Shown: in pieces, positions 30,926-41,458 of the stretch
Numbering within the stretch: the stretch's first letter is position 1
Layout: each line of letters opens with the position of its first letter
Assembly (NCBI GenBank): GCA_026981825.1
Contig: JALSID010000163.1
Span: 6,936-70,935, forward strand
Reading direction: 5' to 3'
Origin: Planctomycetota bacterium
GTDB taxonomy: Bacteria > Planctomycetota > Planctomycetia > JALXBF01
Length of the DNA stretch: 64,000 nt
The notes under the pieces: generated by a model
What the model was told of the DNA's origin: nothing
Seen by the model: the letters and a program-made list of their open reading frames with translations, nothing else
The model's database searches: none
Made by a program: the position numbers and the translations under genes

Positions 30926-31753
30926 ATGAAATTCGCAATCTGCAACGAGCTGTTCGAGGACTGGCCCCACGATCGGGTCTGTGCGTTTCTGGCCCAATGC
31001 GGCTACGAAGGCGTCGAGATCGCCCCGTTTACGCTTGGCCCCCGTGCCGACCAGGTGCCGACGGAAAGTCGCGAGTACGTACGCCGCTGCACCGAGGACT
31101 ACGGACTGAGTGTGGTCGGGTTGCACTGGCTTCTAGCACGCACAGAAGGCCTGCACCTGACCTGTGCCGACGAGCATGTGCGGGCCAGCACGGCCGCTTA
31201 TCTCGCCGAGCTCGCGCGGTTGTGCTATGACCTGGGCGGACGGGTCCTCGTGTTCGGCTCCCCCCAACAAAGGAACCTCGAACCGGGAATAACCAAGCAG
31301 CAAGGGATGAAATGGGCCGCGGAAGTGTTTCAGTCACTGACGCCGGTGCTGGACCGCTACGACCTGGTTCTGGCCGTGGAACCCCTCTCGCCCCGTGAAA
31401 CGAACTTCCTGAACACATGCGCCGAAGCCTGGGAACTGATCGAAATGATCGGCCATCCACGGGTGAAGTTGCATCTGGACGTCAAAGCAATGAGTACGGA
31501 ATCGACGCCGATTCCCGCGCTGATTCGGCGGTGGGGACGGCACGCCGTTCACTTTCACGCCAACGACAGCAACCTTTCCGGACCAGGCTTCGGCGACATC
31601 GACTTCGTTCCGATATTCGACGCCCTGCTCGAGATTGGATACTCCGGCTGGGTATCAGTGGAGGTGTTCGATTTCAGGCCTGGACCGGAGGTCATCGCAC
31701 GACGAAGCCTCGAATACATGAAGGACTGCCTGCGCAAGCTTGGCGCGGAATGA
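30926..31753 (+). CDS. sugar phosphate isomerase/epimerase (xylose-isomerase-like TIM barrel)
   Basis: MKFAICNELFEDW...GYEGVEIAPF...HLDVKAM...VHFHANDSN pattern typical of the AP-endonuclease-2/xylose-isomerase-like TIM family. Confidence 0.85.
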   Translation: MKFAICNELFEDWPHDRVCAFLAQCGYEGVEIAPFTLGPRADQVPTESREYVRRCTEDYGLSVVGLHWLLARTEGLHLTCADEHVRASTAAYLAELARLCYDLGGRVLVFGSPQQRNLEPGITKQQGMKWAAEVFQSLTPVLDRYDLVLAVEPLSPRETNFLNTCAEAWELIEMIGHPRVKLHLDVKAMSTESTPIPALIRRWGRHAVHFHANDSNLSGPGFGDIDFVPIFDALLEIGYSGWVSVEVFDFRPGPEVIARRSLEYMKDCLRKLGAE

Positions 31754-32041
31754 GCCAAACCCGGCCGTCATCGCCACAGGGGCTCGTGCCCTTTGTCGGC
31801 TTCTACCGCGCCGCCGTGCGGCGGCGGAAAGAACGGCGCCCACGAGCGGCCAAGCGCATCGGTGCGCTGCCGTAGAGCCGCGCCAGCAGCGGCTCCCATC
31901 CGTGGTGCGAAAGAGAATGCGTTCCCCGAAAAGAAAGCGCATGAAATCGCGTCTTCGTCTTGATCACCGTGCGCGATCAAGCGTATCTACCCAGGCTCCA
32001 GGCCCAGGTTGTAGCGGCATCCGTGCGAGAAGGTAACCAGG

Positions 32042-34195
32042 ATGACTTACGGGAAGAATACCACGCTGACGGTCGCCCTGGCGTTGGCCTCGCTCATCGG
32101 CACCCTTCGGCCGGTGCTGGCGGATCAAGCCGGTAAGGAGCAGTCGCAGGTGGAACACGAAGCAGTGCGTGAAGTCGTCCATGGGACCGTGGTCACGGAC
32201 CCTTTTCGGTGGCTGGAGGACGGCGCTTCGCCCGCAGTCAAGGAGTGGGTACGACGCCAAAACAGCCACACCCGACGGGTCCTGGACAACCTCCCCTTCC
32301 GCGACCGGCTCCGAAAACGTCTGCTCGCTCTACATCGCATTTCCAGTTTGGGCACCCCCGTGCCTCGTCACCACAGGGTGTTCTACCTCTACCGCAGACC
32401 GGAACAGAACCAACCCGTCCTCTATGTCCGCGAAGGCGATGCCGCGCCCAGACCCCTGGTCGATCCGAATACACTGGCACCGGATGGAACGGTTTCCATC
32501 GACTGGTATTTCCCAGACCCGACCGGCTCCCTGGTAGTCTACGGCCTTTCCGAAGGGGGCAGCGAACGGAGTACTCTGTACATCGTTTCCGTCAACGACG
32601 GGACACGGCTGCCCGATGTCATTCCGAACACGCGAGCCTGCTCGGTCGCCTGGTTGCCCGACGCGACCGGGTTCTTCTACACCCGCTATCCGGATCCGGC
32701 CGCGGTTCCCCCTGGGGAGGAGAACTACCACCGTCACGTCTATTTCCACCGGCTGGGAACGGACCCCGCCAAGGACCCCAAGGTCTTCGGAGAAGGCCGC
32801 GCCAAAGAAGACTGGCCTACGCTCGATATCTCGCCTGATGGCCGCTGGCTCGCGGTCACCGTGCACCAGGGATGGGCGAAGAGTGAAGTCTACCTGGCCG
32901 ATCTCCGGACGACCCCTGTGCAGTTCAAGCCGGTTGCAACTGGGCTGGATGCCGTCTTCACTGCCATCGCGCTCAACGACCGCTTGTTCCTGCACACTAA
33001 CTGGTCGGCCCCCCGGTACCGCGTGCTGGAACTGGACCCGAAGCAGCCGGAGCTTGCCACCGCTCGGGAAGCTGTGCCTGAAACGGAGGACACCCTGGAG
33101 GATGTCGTCGTATCTGGGTCACACCTGGTCTTGCACTACCTGCACAACGTGAGTTCCCAGGTGCGGCTGGTGCCTCTAGCCCAGGGCGACGTGCGTGACG
33201 TGCAGCTTCCATCGATGGTTACTGTAGCCGGCCTGGGGACGTCCAAATCGGACACTCGCGTGTTCGTGCGGCTCCATTCGTTCGTTCGTCCGACAGAAGT
33301 TCACCTCGTGATGTCCGAGGGAGGAAAACAAGAGCTGTGGGACCGCGTCAACGCTCCGGTCGACCCGAATCGCTATGAAGTCCGTCAGGTGTGGTACCGG
33401 TCCAAGGACGGCACGAAGGTGCCGATGTTTCTGGTACACCGCAAGGACGTACGGCCTGATGGGCGGCGGCCCACGGTTCTGTATGGCTACGGGGGTTTCA
33501 ATATCAGCGTCACGCCGCGGTTCTGGAACGCATTGCCCGTCTGGCTCGACCTTGGCGGTGTCTTCGCCGTGGCGAATCTCCGCGGTGGGTCCGAATTCGG
33601 CGAAGAATGGCATCGAGCGGGAATGCTGCACAACAAGCAGAATGTTTTTGACGACTTCATCGCTGCAGCGGAATGGCTTATCGAAAACGGCTATACCAAC
33701 CCGAGCAAGCTGGCAGCGATGGGGCGATCCAACGGGGGGCTCCTTGTAGCTGCCGCCCTCACCCAACGTCCTCAGCTATGGCGTGCCATCGTCTGCGGCG
33801 TCCCCCTCACCGACATGGTGCGCTATCATAAGTTCCTGATCGCACGGTTGTGGATCCCGGAATATGGTGACCCCGACGATCCCAACGATTTCCGCTATCT
33901 CTACGCGTATTCCCCCTATCACCGAGTGCGCGATGGCGTAGCGTACCCTGCCGTTCTGATCACCACGGCGGAATCCGACACACGGGTCGACCCGGCCCAT
34001 GCGCGGAAGTTCGCCGCAAGGCTTCAAGAAGCCACGTCTTCGGCACGACCGGTGTTGCTCCGAGTGGAGGAAAAAGCCGGTCACGGGGCGGGCAAGCCGG
34101 TGCAGAAGATTGTGGACGAGGAGACGGACGTGTGGAGCTTCCTCATCTGGCAACTCGGCGTCGAGTTCCCCGGAGACGAGGGTAACGCAGAGTAG
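32042..34195 (+). CDS. prolyl oligopeptidase (S9A) family serine peptidase, secreted
   Basis: Signal peptide. N-terminal beta-propeller. C-terminal alpha/beta hydrolase with GRSNGGLL nucleophile elbow and Asp/His downstream. Confidence 0.9.
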   Translation: MTYGKNTTLTVALALASLIGTLRPVLADQAGKEQSQVEHEAVREVVHGTVVTDPFRWLEDGASPAVKEWVRRQNSHTRRVLDNLPFRDRLRKRLLALHRISSLGTPVPRHHRVFYLYRRPEQNQPVLYVREGDAAPRPLVDPNTLAPDGTVSIDWYFPDPTGSLVVYGLSEGGSERSTLYIVSVNDGTRLPDVIPNTRACSVAWLPDATGFFYTRYPDPAAVPPGEENYHRHVYFHRLGTDPAKDPKVFGEGRAKEDWPTLDISPDGRWLAVTVHQGWAKSEVYLADLRTTPVQFKPVATGLDAVFTAIALNDRLFLHTNWSAPRYRVLELDPKQPELATAREAVPETEDTLEDVVVSGSHLVLHYLHNVSSQVRLVPLAQGDVRDVQLPSMVTVAGLGTSKSDTRVFVRLHSFVRPTEVHLVMSEGGKQELWDRVNAPVDPNRYEVRQVWYRSKDGTKVPMFLVHRKDVRPDGRRPTVLYGYGGFNISVTPRFWNALPVWLDLGGVFAVANLRGGSEFGEEWHRAGMLHNKQNVFDDFIAAAEWLIENGYTNPSKLAAMGRSNGGLLVAAALTQRPQLWRAIVCGVPLTDMVRYHKFLIARLWIPEYGDPDDPNDFRYLYAYSPYHRVRDGVAYPAVLITTAESDTRVDPAHARKFAARLQEATSSARPVLLRVEEKAGHGAGKPVQKIVDEETDVWSFLIWQLGVEFPGDEGNAE

Positions 34196-34350
34196 CGCCC
34201 GTCTTCGCAGGTACGCTCTGGTGCGAACCGCCCCGACTCGATCGAGCATCCGCCTGGCTCTACTCGGAGGCAGGTCTGGCCCGGTGTCGGCGATGGAAGC
34301 CCAGAGAGCATCGTGGGTGGCAGAGGGTTCTGCAGCGACGGACTCGTCCG

Positions 34351-34671
34351 TTACTCAGCCGACGAGTTGATTCCCAGTTGCCGTTCCACGTCCGTTGCGA
34401 TCTCCAATTGGGAATCACGGCGTCCAGGGCAGAGCAGATAGATCCGTAGGGGACCGAGGGATTCTCCCGGCGCGAGCTTGCACCGCTCGTGTCGTAACCT
34501 CACTTCCCGGAACAGCTCGCCCACGTGGTCTGGGCAGGCCAGGCCATAGGGTTTCAGTTCGGTCAGCACGCCGTCTGTCCAGATAGCAGCGATCTTATAT
34601 GCCGCAGGGCGTTGGCAGTTCCACAGGTCGCAGGTCGGCACATAGCAGAAGTCCCCGGTTGACGATGGCAT
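34351..34671 (-). CDS. small Cys-rich hypothetical protein
   Basis: 106-aa ORF divergent from cobL; CYVPTCDLWNC...CPDH...C pattern. Coding status uncertain. Confidence 0.3.
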   Translation of the reverse strand: MPSSTGDFCYVPTCDLWNCQRPAAYKIAAIWTDGVLTELKPYGLACPDHVGELFREVRLRHERCKLAPGESLGPLRIYLLCPGRRDSQLEIATDVERQLGINSSAE

Positions 34672-34807
34672 GGTCAGTCTCCCGACGGTTCTGCGAGCTT
34701 GCTGTCTGTTCGGGGTCCGCCCCCCAAATCGAGGCTAAGCCGGTCCGAAGTCACGGTTGGTAGAATCACATCATGCTAGTGAAGCGGAAACTTTGCGGTG
34801 TAGGGTG

Positions 34808-36088
34808 ATGGAGATTCGCAAAGACAAGGCGTACGTGGTTGGGATCAGCGAAACTGGTCTTGCCGGCCTGGCGCCACCGGCGCGTGAGCTGGTCACCCAG
34901 GCCGACGTTCTCGTCGGTGACGCGGACGTTCTGAAGTTTGTGCCCGAATCGACCGCCGAACGGGTCGAGATAACGACGGACTGGTCCCGCGGGTGCGAAC
35001 GGATCGCGGGTGAGCTGGGCCAACGGTTGGTTGTTGTTCTCGCCACCGGCGATCCCCTTTTTTACGGCACGGCACGCTACCTGACGGAACGTCTCGGCAA
35101 AGAGAGGGTCGAAATCATCCCCCACGTAAGCACGATGCAGCTTGCGTTCGCAAGGGTGAAAGAAAGCTGGGAAAACGCCTATTTCGTCGATCTTGCTCGC
35201 CGCGACCTTGAGGACGTTCTGGATCGGATTCGCACTTCGGAAAAGGTGGGCATCTTCACAAGCGACGTTTGGCCCCCTTCGAAGATCGCTCAGACGCTTC
35301 TGGAATCGAAGATGGATTACTTCACCGCTTATGTGTGCGAGAACCTGGGTGCGCCGGATGAACGGGTAACCGCGGCGTCGCTTGATGAAATCACAGCGAT
35401 GACCTTTTCCCCGTTGAACGTCATGATTCTGATTCGGCGCCATCTTCCAGGCCCACCGGGTGCAGCACCGGCAGGTGTGCGGCGGTTCGGGAACCCGGAC
35501 GAATGGTATGCGCACTCACCGGAAAAGCTTGTTCTGCTCACCTTCGAAGAGGTACGCTCGATCGCCCTGGGCAAGCTCTCCCTGGGCGAAGCCGACACGG
35601 TTTGGGACATTGGGGCGGGCACCGGATCGGTTTCCATCGAAGCCGCCCTGCTTGCCCCCAAGGGGCGTGTGTACGCGGTGGAAAAGAACCCCGACGACTT
35701 CGCTCTACTCCAGGAGAACATCGAGCGGTTCGGCGTATCCAACGTGGTGCCAATCCACGGAACGGCGCCGGCGATTCTCCACGATCTTCCTGATCCGGAC
35801 GCGGTATTTGTGGGAGCGATCGCGCGCGAACTGGTGCCCGTACTGCATGAGGTCTATCAGCGGTTGAAGCAGGGCGGGCGTCTGGTCGTACACGTGGCTC
35901 CGGTGGATCAGCTCGTGCAAGCGCTGAATGAACTGCGCCAGGTTCCTGAAGAACCGGACGTCTGTCTTGTTCAGGTGTCGCGTGCGATCCACCAACTGGG
36001 CACGCTCCGGTTCGATCCGCTACCGCCGTCCTTCCTGCTCACGGTGCAGAAACTTGGGCGAGTTCAGAACGAGGGCCACGAGTCATGA
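34808..36088 (+). CDS. cobL: precorrin-6Y C5,15-methyltransferase (decarboxylating), CbiE/CbiT fusion
   Basis: N-terminal tetrapyrrole methylase domain (AYVVGISETGLAGLAP...VVVLATGDPLFYG). C-terminal class I SAM-MTase (DIGAGTGSVSIEAA). Confidence 0.85.
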   Translation: MEIRKDKAYVVGISETGLAGLAPPARELVTQADVLVGDADVLKFVPESTAERVEITTDWSRGCERIAGELGQRLVVVLATGDPLFYGTARYLTERLGKERVEIIPHVSTMQLAFARVKESWENAYFVDLARRDLEDVLDRIRTSEKVGIFTSDVWPPSKIAQTLLESKMDYFTAYVCENLGAPDERVTAASLDEITAMTFSPLNVMILIRRHLPGPPGAAPAGVRRFGNPDEWYAHSPEKLVLLTFEEVRSIALGKLSLGEADTVWDIGAGTGSVSIEAALLAPKGRVYAVEKNPDDFALLQENIERFGVSNVVPIHGTAPAILHDLPDPDAVFVGAIARELVPVLHEVYQRLKQGGRLVVHVAPVDQLVQALNELRQVPEEPDVCLVQVSRAIHQLGTLRFDPLPPSFLLTVQKLGRVQNEGHES

Positions 36089-37077
36089 CGAAGACCGAGC
36101 GGATCCGAGCCGTGGTGCGGGGCGAGCGGCCCGATTCTGCACCGCTCAGTTTCTGGGGACACCACCCGCGCCACGAAATCACCACCGACGGCCTCGTCGA
36201 CGTGACGCTCCAATTCCAGGCCACCTACGACTGGGACTTCGTGAAGATCAACCCGCGTGCCGAATACCACGCAGAAGCGTGGGGGAACCGGTACGCTCTG
36301 TACCTGGATGACCATCGCCGCCCGGAGCTGCTGGAGCATGTTGTGCGCGAGCCGACCGACTTCGAGAGGATCACCGAGCTGGATCCACGAGAAGGCGTTC
36401 TGGGCGAGCATCTTCGCGCCGTCCGCCTGATCCGCGAACGCCTCGGCGGCGAGGTTCCGGTCATCATGACCCTCTTCACCCCCCTCTCTGTTGCCGCCGA
36501 ACTGGCCGGACGGCGGCGGTCCAATCCGGCGGAGATCCTCGCCCACCCCGGCCCGCTCAAGCGTGCACTCGACGCTATTGCCCGCACCTTCCGGGAATTC
36601 GCCCGGCTTCTGATCGAAGCCGGGGCTGATGGGCTGTTCTACGCGACCACACGGTTGGGAACGAGAAAGTACCTCACGGACGACCAGTTCCGCGAGTTCA
36701 GCGTCCCGTACGACCTCTGCGTGCTCGAAGGCGCTTCCGCTGCTTGGTTCAACGTCCTCCATGTGTGTGGTCCTCGATGCATGCTTGATCTCACCAAGGA
36801 CTACCCGGTTGCTGCGTATAGCTGGGACATGTGTGACCCCACGAATCCGGGTCCGGAAACCGTCATCCACGACTGGGAGAAGACCGCAATTGGCGGTTTG
36901 CCGCAGGGTGAGTTGGATGATCGTAGCAAGCTCGGCACTCTGATCGAGCTGATGCATCGGCGCTGGGATCGCGCAGCGGGGCGCCGCCTTATCCTGGCAG
37001 GCGGATGCGTGATCCCAACCACAGCGGACTCGAGCCTGTTGCGGGAGCTGCGAGCGGAGGCGAGGAAGCTCCGCTAG
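36085..37077 (+). CDS. uroporphyrinogen decarboxylase (URO-D) family protein, MtaA/CmuA-like
   Basis: 4-nt ATGA overlap with cobL; URO-D-like fold pattern throughout. Assignment to a specific activity is not possible from sequence alone. Confidence 0.75.
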   Translation: MTKTERIRAVVRGERPDSAPLSFWGHHPRHEITTDGLVDVTLQFQATYDWDFVKINPRAEYHAEAWGNRYALYLDDHRRPELLEHVVREPTDFERITELDPREGVLGEHLRAVRLIRERLGGEVPVIMTLFTPLSVAAELAGRRRSNPAEILAHPGPLKRALDAIARTFREFARLLIEAGADGLFYATTRLGTRKYLTDDQFREFSVPYDLCVLEGASAAWFNVLHVCGPRCMLDLTKDYPVAAYSWDMCDPTNPGPETVIHDWEKTAIGGLPQGELDDRSKLGTLIELMHRRWDRAAGRRLILAGGCVIPTTADSSLLRELRAEARKLR

Positions 37078-37219
37078 GCCAAGCGTGGGCGTTCGTCCTG
37101 CCCCTTGCGACCAGTACCGGGACGGTCGGTCGCGCCTTGCGGTGCTTGCCCCCTTGTCTTGCCCGGCAGCTCCCCCGGCTGGATCTGCTTCAACACGATC
37201 GATCCAGGGAGGTGACCCC

Positions 37220-37981
37220 TTGTCAGACACAAGCGAAAACAAGGGCATCGACACACTCGACGTTCTTGCGGTGGGCGCGCACCCAGATGATGTGGAAATC
37301 GCGTGCGGAGGCACGCTTGCTTCCCTGGCGGACCAGGGGTACCGGGTGGGAATCGTTGATCTTACCGACGGTGAACCGACGCCCCTATCACCTGGCCCTC
37401 ACGTGCGGTTGCAGGAGGCACACAAGGCGGCACAGATCCTTGGGGTGGCCGTGCGGGTCACCCTGGATCTGCCGAACCGAAAGCTTTTTGACACCTACGA
37501 AAACCGGCTCGCCCTGGCCAAGGTATTGCGACGGTACCGTCCGGCCATCGTTATCGGACCGGGCGGCGCCACACCGATGGCCTCGCCTGACCATTACCAG
37601 GCAACCTTGCTGACGGATGCGGCCATCTTCTATAGCCGTCTCACGAAATGGGATGACGAGTTCGATGGCCTCCCCCCGCATCGGGTGCTGCACCACGTCC
37701 AGTACTGGCTGGCTCTGCGCGGGCCCGATCCGCCGGTAAATGTGCCGTCGTTCGTGGTGGACGTTTCGTCCACGTTCGAACGGAAGCTGGAAGCGATCCG
37801 GGCCTATGAAACCCAGTTCCCGCCCGAGAAAAGTTTCGTGTTTGACGCTGTGGCCGCCATTAATCGAAGCATCGGACTACGGGCAGGATTTCAGTACGGG
37901 GAACTTTTTCTGACCCACAGGCTTCCGGGCACTGACGACTTGGTCGCCTTTTGCATGCACGGCAAACCGCCCCGACCATAG
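37220..37981 (+). CDS. PIG-L/LmbE family N-acetylglucosaminyl deacetylase
   Basis: TTG start 5 nt after GGGAGGTGA SD; [16 protein letters not shown] motif (AHPDDxE). Confidence 0.8.
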   Translation: MSDTSENKGIDTLDVLAVGAHPDDVEIACGGTLASLADQGYRVGIVDLTDGEPTPLSPGPHVRLQEAHKAAQILGVAVRVTLDLPNRKLFDTYENRLALAKVLRRYRPAIVIGPGGATPMASPDHYQATLLTDAAIFYSRLTKWDDEFDGLPPHRVLHHVQYWLALRGPDPPVNVPSFVVDVSSTFERKLEAIRAYETQFPPEKSFVFDAVAAINRSIGLRAGFQYGELFLTHRLPGTDDLVAFCMHGKPPRP

Positions 37982-38260
37982 AGAAGGCCCGGCACAGGCG
38001 TGGCGACGCGCTCCCAACCCGGCAGTGATGCGGCAAAGTTGGTTCGGTTCTGAACGAACCGGGTATGCGGTCTGTACCGTATGGGTGCCGACGGCCAGAC
38101 CGGCCCACTGAGCGGCTGATGGGACGCGGTCGTCGCTCAACGAGGTCAACCCCAACATCGCGACCGGACTCTCGTGTACCATTGATGGGACACGTGTGGG
38201 GACTGCGCGGGGCGTTCAGCTCGATCTTTCGAGCTCAGGCAGGGACCACGGCGAAGCGAC

Positions 38261-39025
38261 ATGTACGCATTGGGCGTTGCAGCCAAGTCGGAAAAGGGGC
38301 CATATCGCCGGTGCAACGAAGATAATTACCGGCTTGAAACTGGTCCGTCGGGCTCCTGGCACCTGTGCGTCGTTGCCGACGGAATGGGCGGCCAACAGGC
38401 TGGGGAATGCGCGTCGCGGATCGCGGTGGAGCAGATCGCCGACCATGTTCGCCGCCACCTGCACGGCGTCCGAGGCGATGAAGCCATAGCGCGTGTGCTG
38501 CAAGAAGCCGCGGTGCGAGCGAATAACGAGATCCTCAGCCTCGCAGCGGTGGAGCCGTCCTATGCGGGCATGGGCACAACGGTTGTCTTCGTCCTGGTGA
38601 AGGGGGACCGCGCCTACGCCGGTGGAATCGGCGACAGCAGGTGCTACCACCTTCGAAACAACATACTGGAGCAGCTTACCGAAGACCACACCCTCGCCAG
38701 CGTCCTGGAGCGGATCGGTTCTGTGGAAATCGACCAGATGCACCAGGTGCGGTTCCGAAACACGCTGTACAAGTACCTGGGCAGCAAGGAGGCGGGCGTC
38801 GGGCCCGACATCAAGGTCCTTGCCCCTCGCGCCGGTGATCGTATGTTGCTCACGACCGATGGGCTGACCGGAGTGGTCAGCGACGAGAGAATCGCTTCCA
38901 TCCTGGGAGCCGCCGCCTCACCGCAGGAAGCCGTAGACCAACTTGTCAACGCTGCGTTGCGGGCGGATTCCAGGGACAACATCACCTGCGTGGCGATCTT
39001 CTTCGACCCTACGCGGTCCGATTGA
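38261..39025 (+). CDS. PP2C-family Ser/Thr protein phosphatase
   Basis: ...CVVADGMGGQQAGE..., ...TTVVF..., LLTTDGL..., DNITCV: PP2C metal-binding motifs. Confidence 0.85.
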   Translation: MYALGVAAKSEKGPYRRCNEDNYRLETGPSGSWHLCVVADGMGGQQAGECASRIAVEQIADHVRRHLHGVRGDEAIARVLQEAAVRANNEILSLAAVEPSYAGMGTTVVFVLVKGDRAYAGGIGDSRCYHLRNNILEQLTEDHTLASVLERIGSVEIDQMHQVRFRNTLYKYLGSKEAGVGPDIKVLAPRAGDRMLLTTDGLTGVVSDERIASILGAAASPQEAVDQLVNAALRADSRDNITCVAIFFDPTRSD

Positions 39026-39413
39026 ACCACGGCGGTGCATCCAATCGTCCTGCGACCGGCGCTATAAACCGCAAAAGAAGCAGAACCGGAGCGGAAAGAT
39101 CGCACGAAAAAGGGGCCAATTCTGCCCGGTCAAGTGTCAGACCCGAGGCTCCTCGTTAGCCCGTGTCCCCTTCGAACCCTGGGGGGCGTCGGACACGTGT
39201 CGCCCAGGCGGCTAAGCCGGCGGGCGAACGGTTTCGCGTCTGGCTCGAGAGGGCACGCGTAACGTTGGCGTTTTCCATCCCGGAGACACGTGCACTTCGC
39301 GAGGCACCCAAAGGCGCGGGCGTCTGGTAAGTGCCAGGCAACCCGCGCCACACCGGTTTGCGACCTATGTTTGTGTGGACTTCGGACGATCGTGGCAGGC
39401 ACAGGGGCACGTT

Positions 39414-40445
39414 ATGGCGACAACGACTCTGGTGAACGAGCTTCCACCTGGAGTGCGGAAAACGGCGACGCTGCTTTTCCTGCTTCCCGCTGAGGAGCGC
39501 CAGCGCGTTCTTGGAAAGCTAGACGAAGCCCACCGCCAGCAGTGCCTTAATCTTCTGGAATCCTTGCAGGAACTGCGTACGGAGGACCTATTGCAGCTTG
39601 CGATCGAAGAACTGGAAGCGGCGTTGGTTTCGCCTCACGCTGGTGACCGGAACCAAGAAGGTTTTGACCACAGCGAGCTCGAGACGCACGCGGAGCCCCC
39701 GGCTGCGACCGAATCCGGTGCGCAACCTCAGGAAACGGGAGGTTGCCCAGAATCCGCCGACGACAACGAGACCGATGATCCCCTGCGTGCGATCGCCGAA
39801 GCGGATCCCGACGTTCTCGCTGCCGCACTTGCCAACGAACCGCCTGGCCTGGCCGCGGTGGTTCTGCAGATGCTTCCGCCGGAGCAGGTTGCGGCAGTGA
39901 TGAGCCGCCTGCCCAACCCGGAGCAGGTCTTCCTGGCGCTCGTTAACCCGCCGCGGATCCCCCCCAGAAGCATCCAGGGACTCCTGGCGCGGCTTAGCGC
40001 GTCTCTCAGCAACGGTTCCGACGGCGGGGAAGATCCCCTACCGAACGGGCAACTGCAGCAACTGATCACGCTCGTGCGAGCGCTTCCGGCATCGGTGCGC
40101 ACGACCCTGCTTGCTCGGCTCAAAGAGGTGAATCCCGAGCTTGCGCAACAGGTTTCCGACAACCTCTACGTGTTCGAAGACCTCCTCCGCGTGGCCGACT
40201 CGTGCGTGCAAACGATGCTCGGCGAACTGGAGCTGCGGGTCGTCGCAACGGCTCTGTCCGGCGCGCCGCCGGAGCTGAAGAGCAAAATCGCACGGAACCT
40301 GAGCAAACGGGTGCGGGAGTCGTTGTTCGAAGAACTGGAGATGCTCGGCACCCTACCACCATCGAAAGTCAAGGAGGCACGGCAGCAATTCATCAAGAAG
40401 ATGCTGGAACTGGACGAGAAAGGCGAGCTGATCCTGTTGGAGTAG
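39414..40445 (+). CDS. FliG C-terminal-domain-like protein (standalone)
   Basis: C-terminal 120 aa (DNLYVFEDLLRVADSCVQTMLGELELRVVATALSGAPPELKSKIARNLSKRVRESLFEELEMLGTLPPSKVKEARQQFIKKM) match the FliG-C / MgtE-N helical fold motif. Acidic low-complexity middle. No flagellar neighbours. Confidence 0.65.
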   Translation: MATTTLVNELPPGVRKTATLLFLLPAEERQRVLGKLDEAHRQQCLNLLESLQELRTEDLLQLAIEELEAALVSPHAGDRNQEGFDHSELETHAEPPAATESGAQPQETGGCPESADDNETDDPLRAIAEADPDVLAAALANEPPGLAAVVLQMLPPEQVAAVMSRLPNPEQVFLALVNPPRIPPRSIQGLLARLSASLSNGSDGGEDPLPNGQLQQLITLVRALPASVRTTLLARLKEVNPELAQQVSDNLYVFEDLLRVADSCVQTMLGELELRVVATALSGAPPELKSKIARNLSKRVRESLFEELEMLGTLPPSKVKEARQQFIKKMLELDEKGELILLE

Positions 40446-40547
40446 CTCTCCGTCTCCGGGTATGCCGGCCGATAACCTCCGGACCATCCCCTGTTTTGTC
40501 GACGAGTTCGTTGCCCCGGTTGTCCGGAAGGCCTCCAGGGTTGGTTC

Positions 40548-41411
40548 TCACCCCCCGCGGTAGCAGCTCGTTTCGAGACAACCGATCGGATCGATTGTGA
40601 TCCGGATGGTATCCCCAGGTTCGAGCGTGAACCAGTCGGGCGGAACAATGCCTGTGCCGGTCATGAGAAACACCCCATAGGGGAACTCCTGGTCGCGAAA
40701 CAGCCACGATGCCAGTTCTTCCGGTGACCTGCGCAGGGCGTCCAGCCCGGTGGCACCAGAGAAAACCGGTTCGCCTCGCCGCAGAATCTCCAGTTCGACC
40801 TTGAGCTTGCGCCACTCGCCAATCTCGTCCGTGGTGAGTAGCACCGGGCCAAGCGCGCAGCAGTCCTTGAAAACCTTGGCCTGAGGAAGATAGAGGGGGT
40901 TCTCCCCCTCAATATCTCGGCAGGAGACGTCATTTCCGATCGTGCAGGCTGTAATCATCCCATCTGGACGGATAAAGACCGTGAACTCCGGCTCCGGCAC
41001 GCACCAGCGAGTGTCGGCGCGCAGCCGTACAGCACCGCCGTGCCCCACCGTCCTCCGCCTGTCTGCCTTGAAGAACAGCTCCGGCCGATCCGCACCGTAC
41101 ACCTTCTCATAGAAAGCCCCAGCTCCCTTCGATTCCTGTACCCGTGCCTCTTCGCTTCGCTTATAGGTCACGCCCGCAGCCCAGACCTCCTGCTCCTCAA
41201 GCGGGGGAAGAAACCTGATCTCTTCCACAGACAAAGGGGGAAAGTCGGGGTCGAGCAACCTCTGGGCTTCCCGAATCGGGTGATCAGCCAGGAGAACATC
41301 CGTCAGGGGGTGTGGTGTGGCACGGGTTACGCGAAACGCCCGTACACGATCCCCGCGGACAATCCCCGCCCGTTCCGTACCGAAGGGAGTCTCGAACCTG
41401 CAAAGCCTCAT
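40548..41411 (-). CDS. fumarylacetoacetate hydrolase (FAH) family protein
   Basis: ...GVTYKRSEEARVQ...KADRRRTVGHGGAVRL...EPEFTVFI...GNDVSCRDIEGENPLYL... typical FAH-fold metal-binding pattern. Confidence 0.85.
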   Translation of the reverse strand: MRLCRFETPFGTERAGIVRGDRVRAFRVTRATPHPLTDVLLADHPIREAQRLLDPDFPPLSVEEIRFLPPLEEQEVWAAGVTYKRSEEARVQESKGAGAFYEKVYGADRPELFFKADRRRTVGHGGAVRLRADTRWCVPEPEFTVFIRPDGMITACTIGNDVSCRDIEGENPLYLPQAKVFKDCCALGPVLLTTDEIGEWRKLKVELEILRRGEPVFSGATGLDALRRSPEELASWLFRDQEFPYGVFLMTGTGIVPPDWFTLEPGDTIRITIDPIGCLETSCYRGG

Positions 41412-41458
41412 TCGCGTGGCCCACCTGTTTCGTACGGGTTCCCAACTCGTTGCCGTCT

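Noticed and set aside
30573-30938. Cys-rich N-terminal extension of the DUF309 ORF
   Set aside because: Low-complexity composition. The DUF309 homology starts near residue 130. An internal ATG gives a protein of the typical size.
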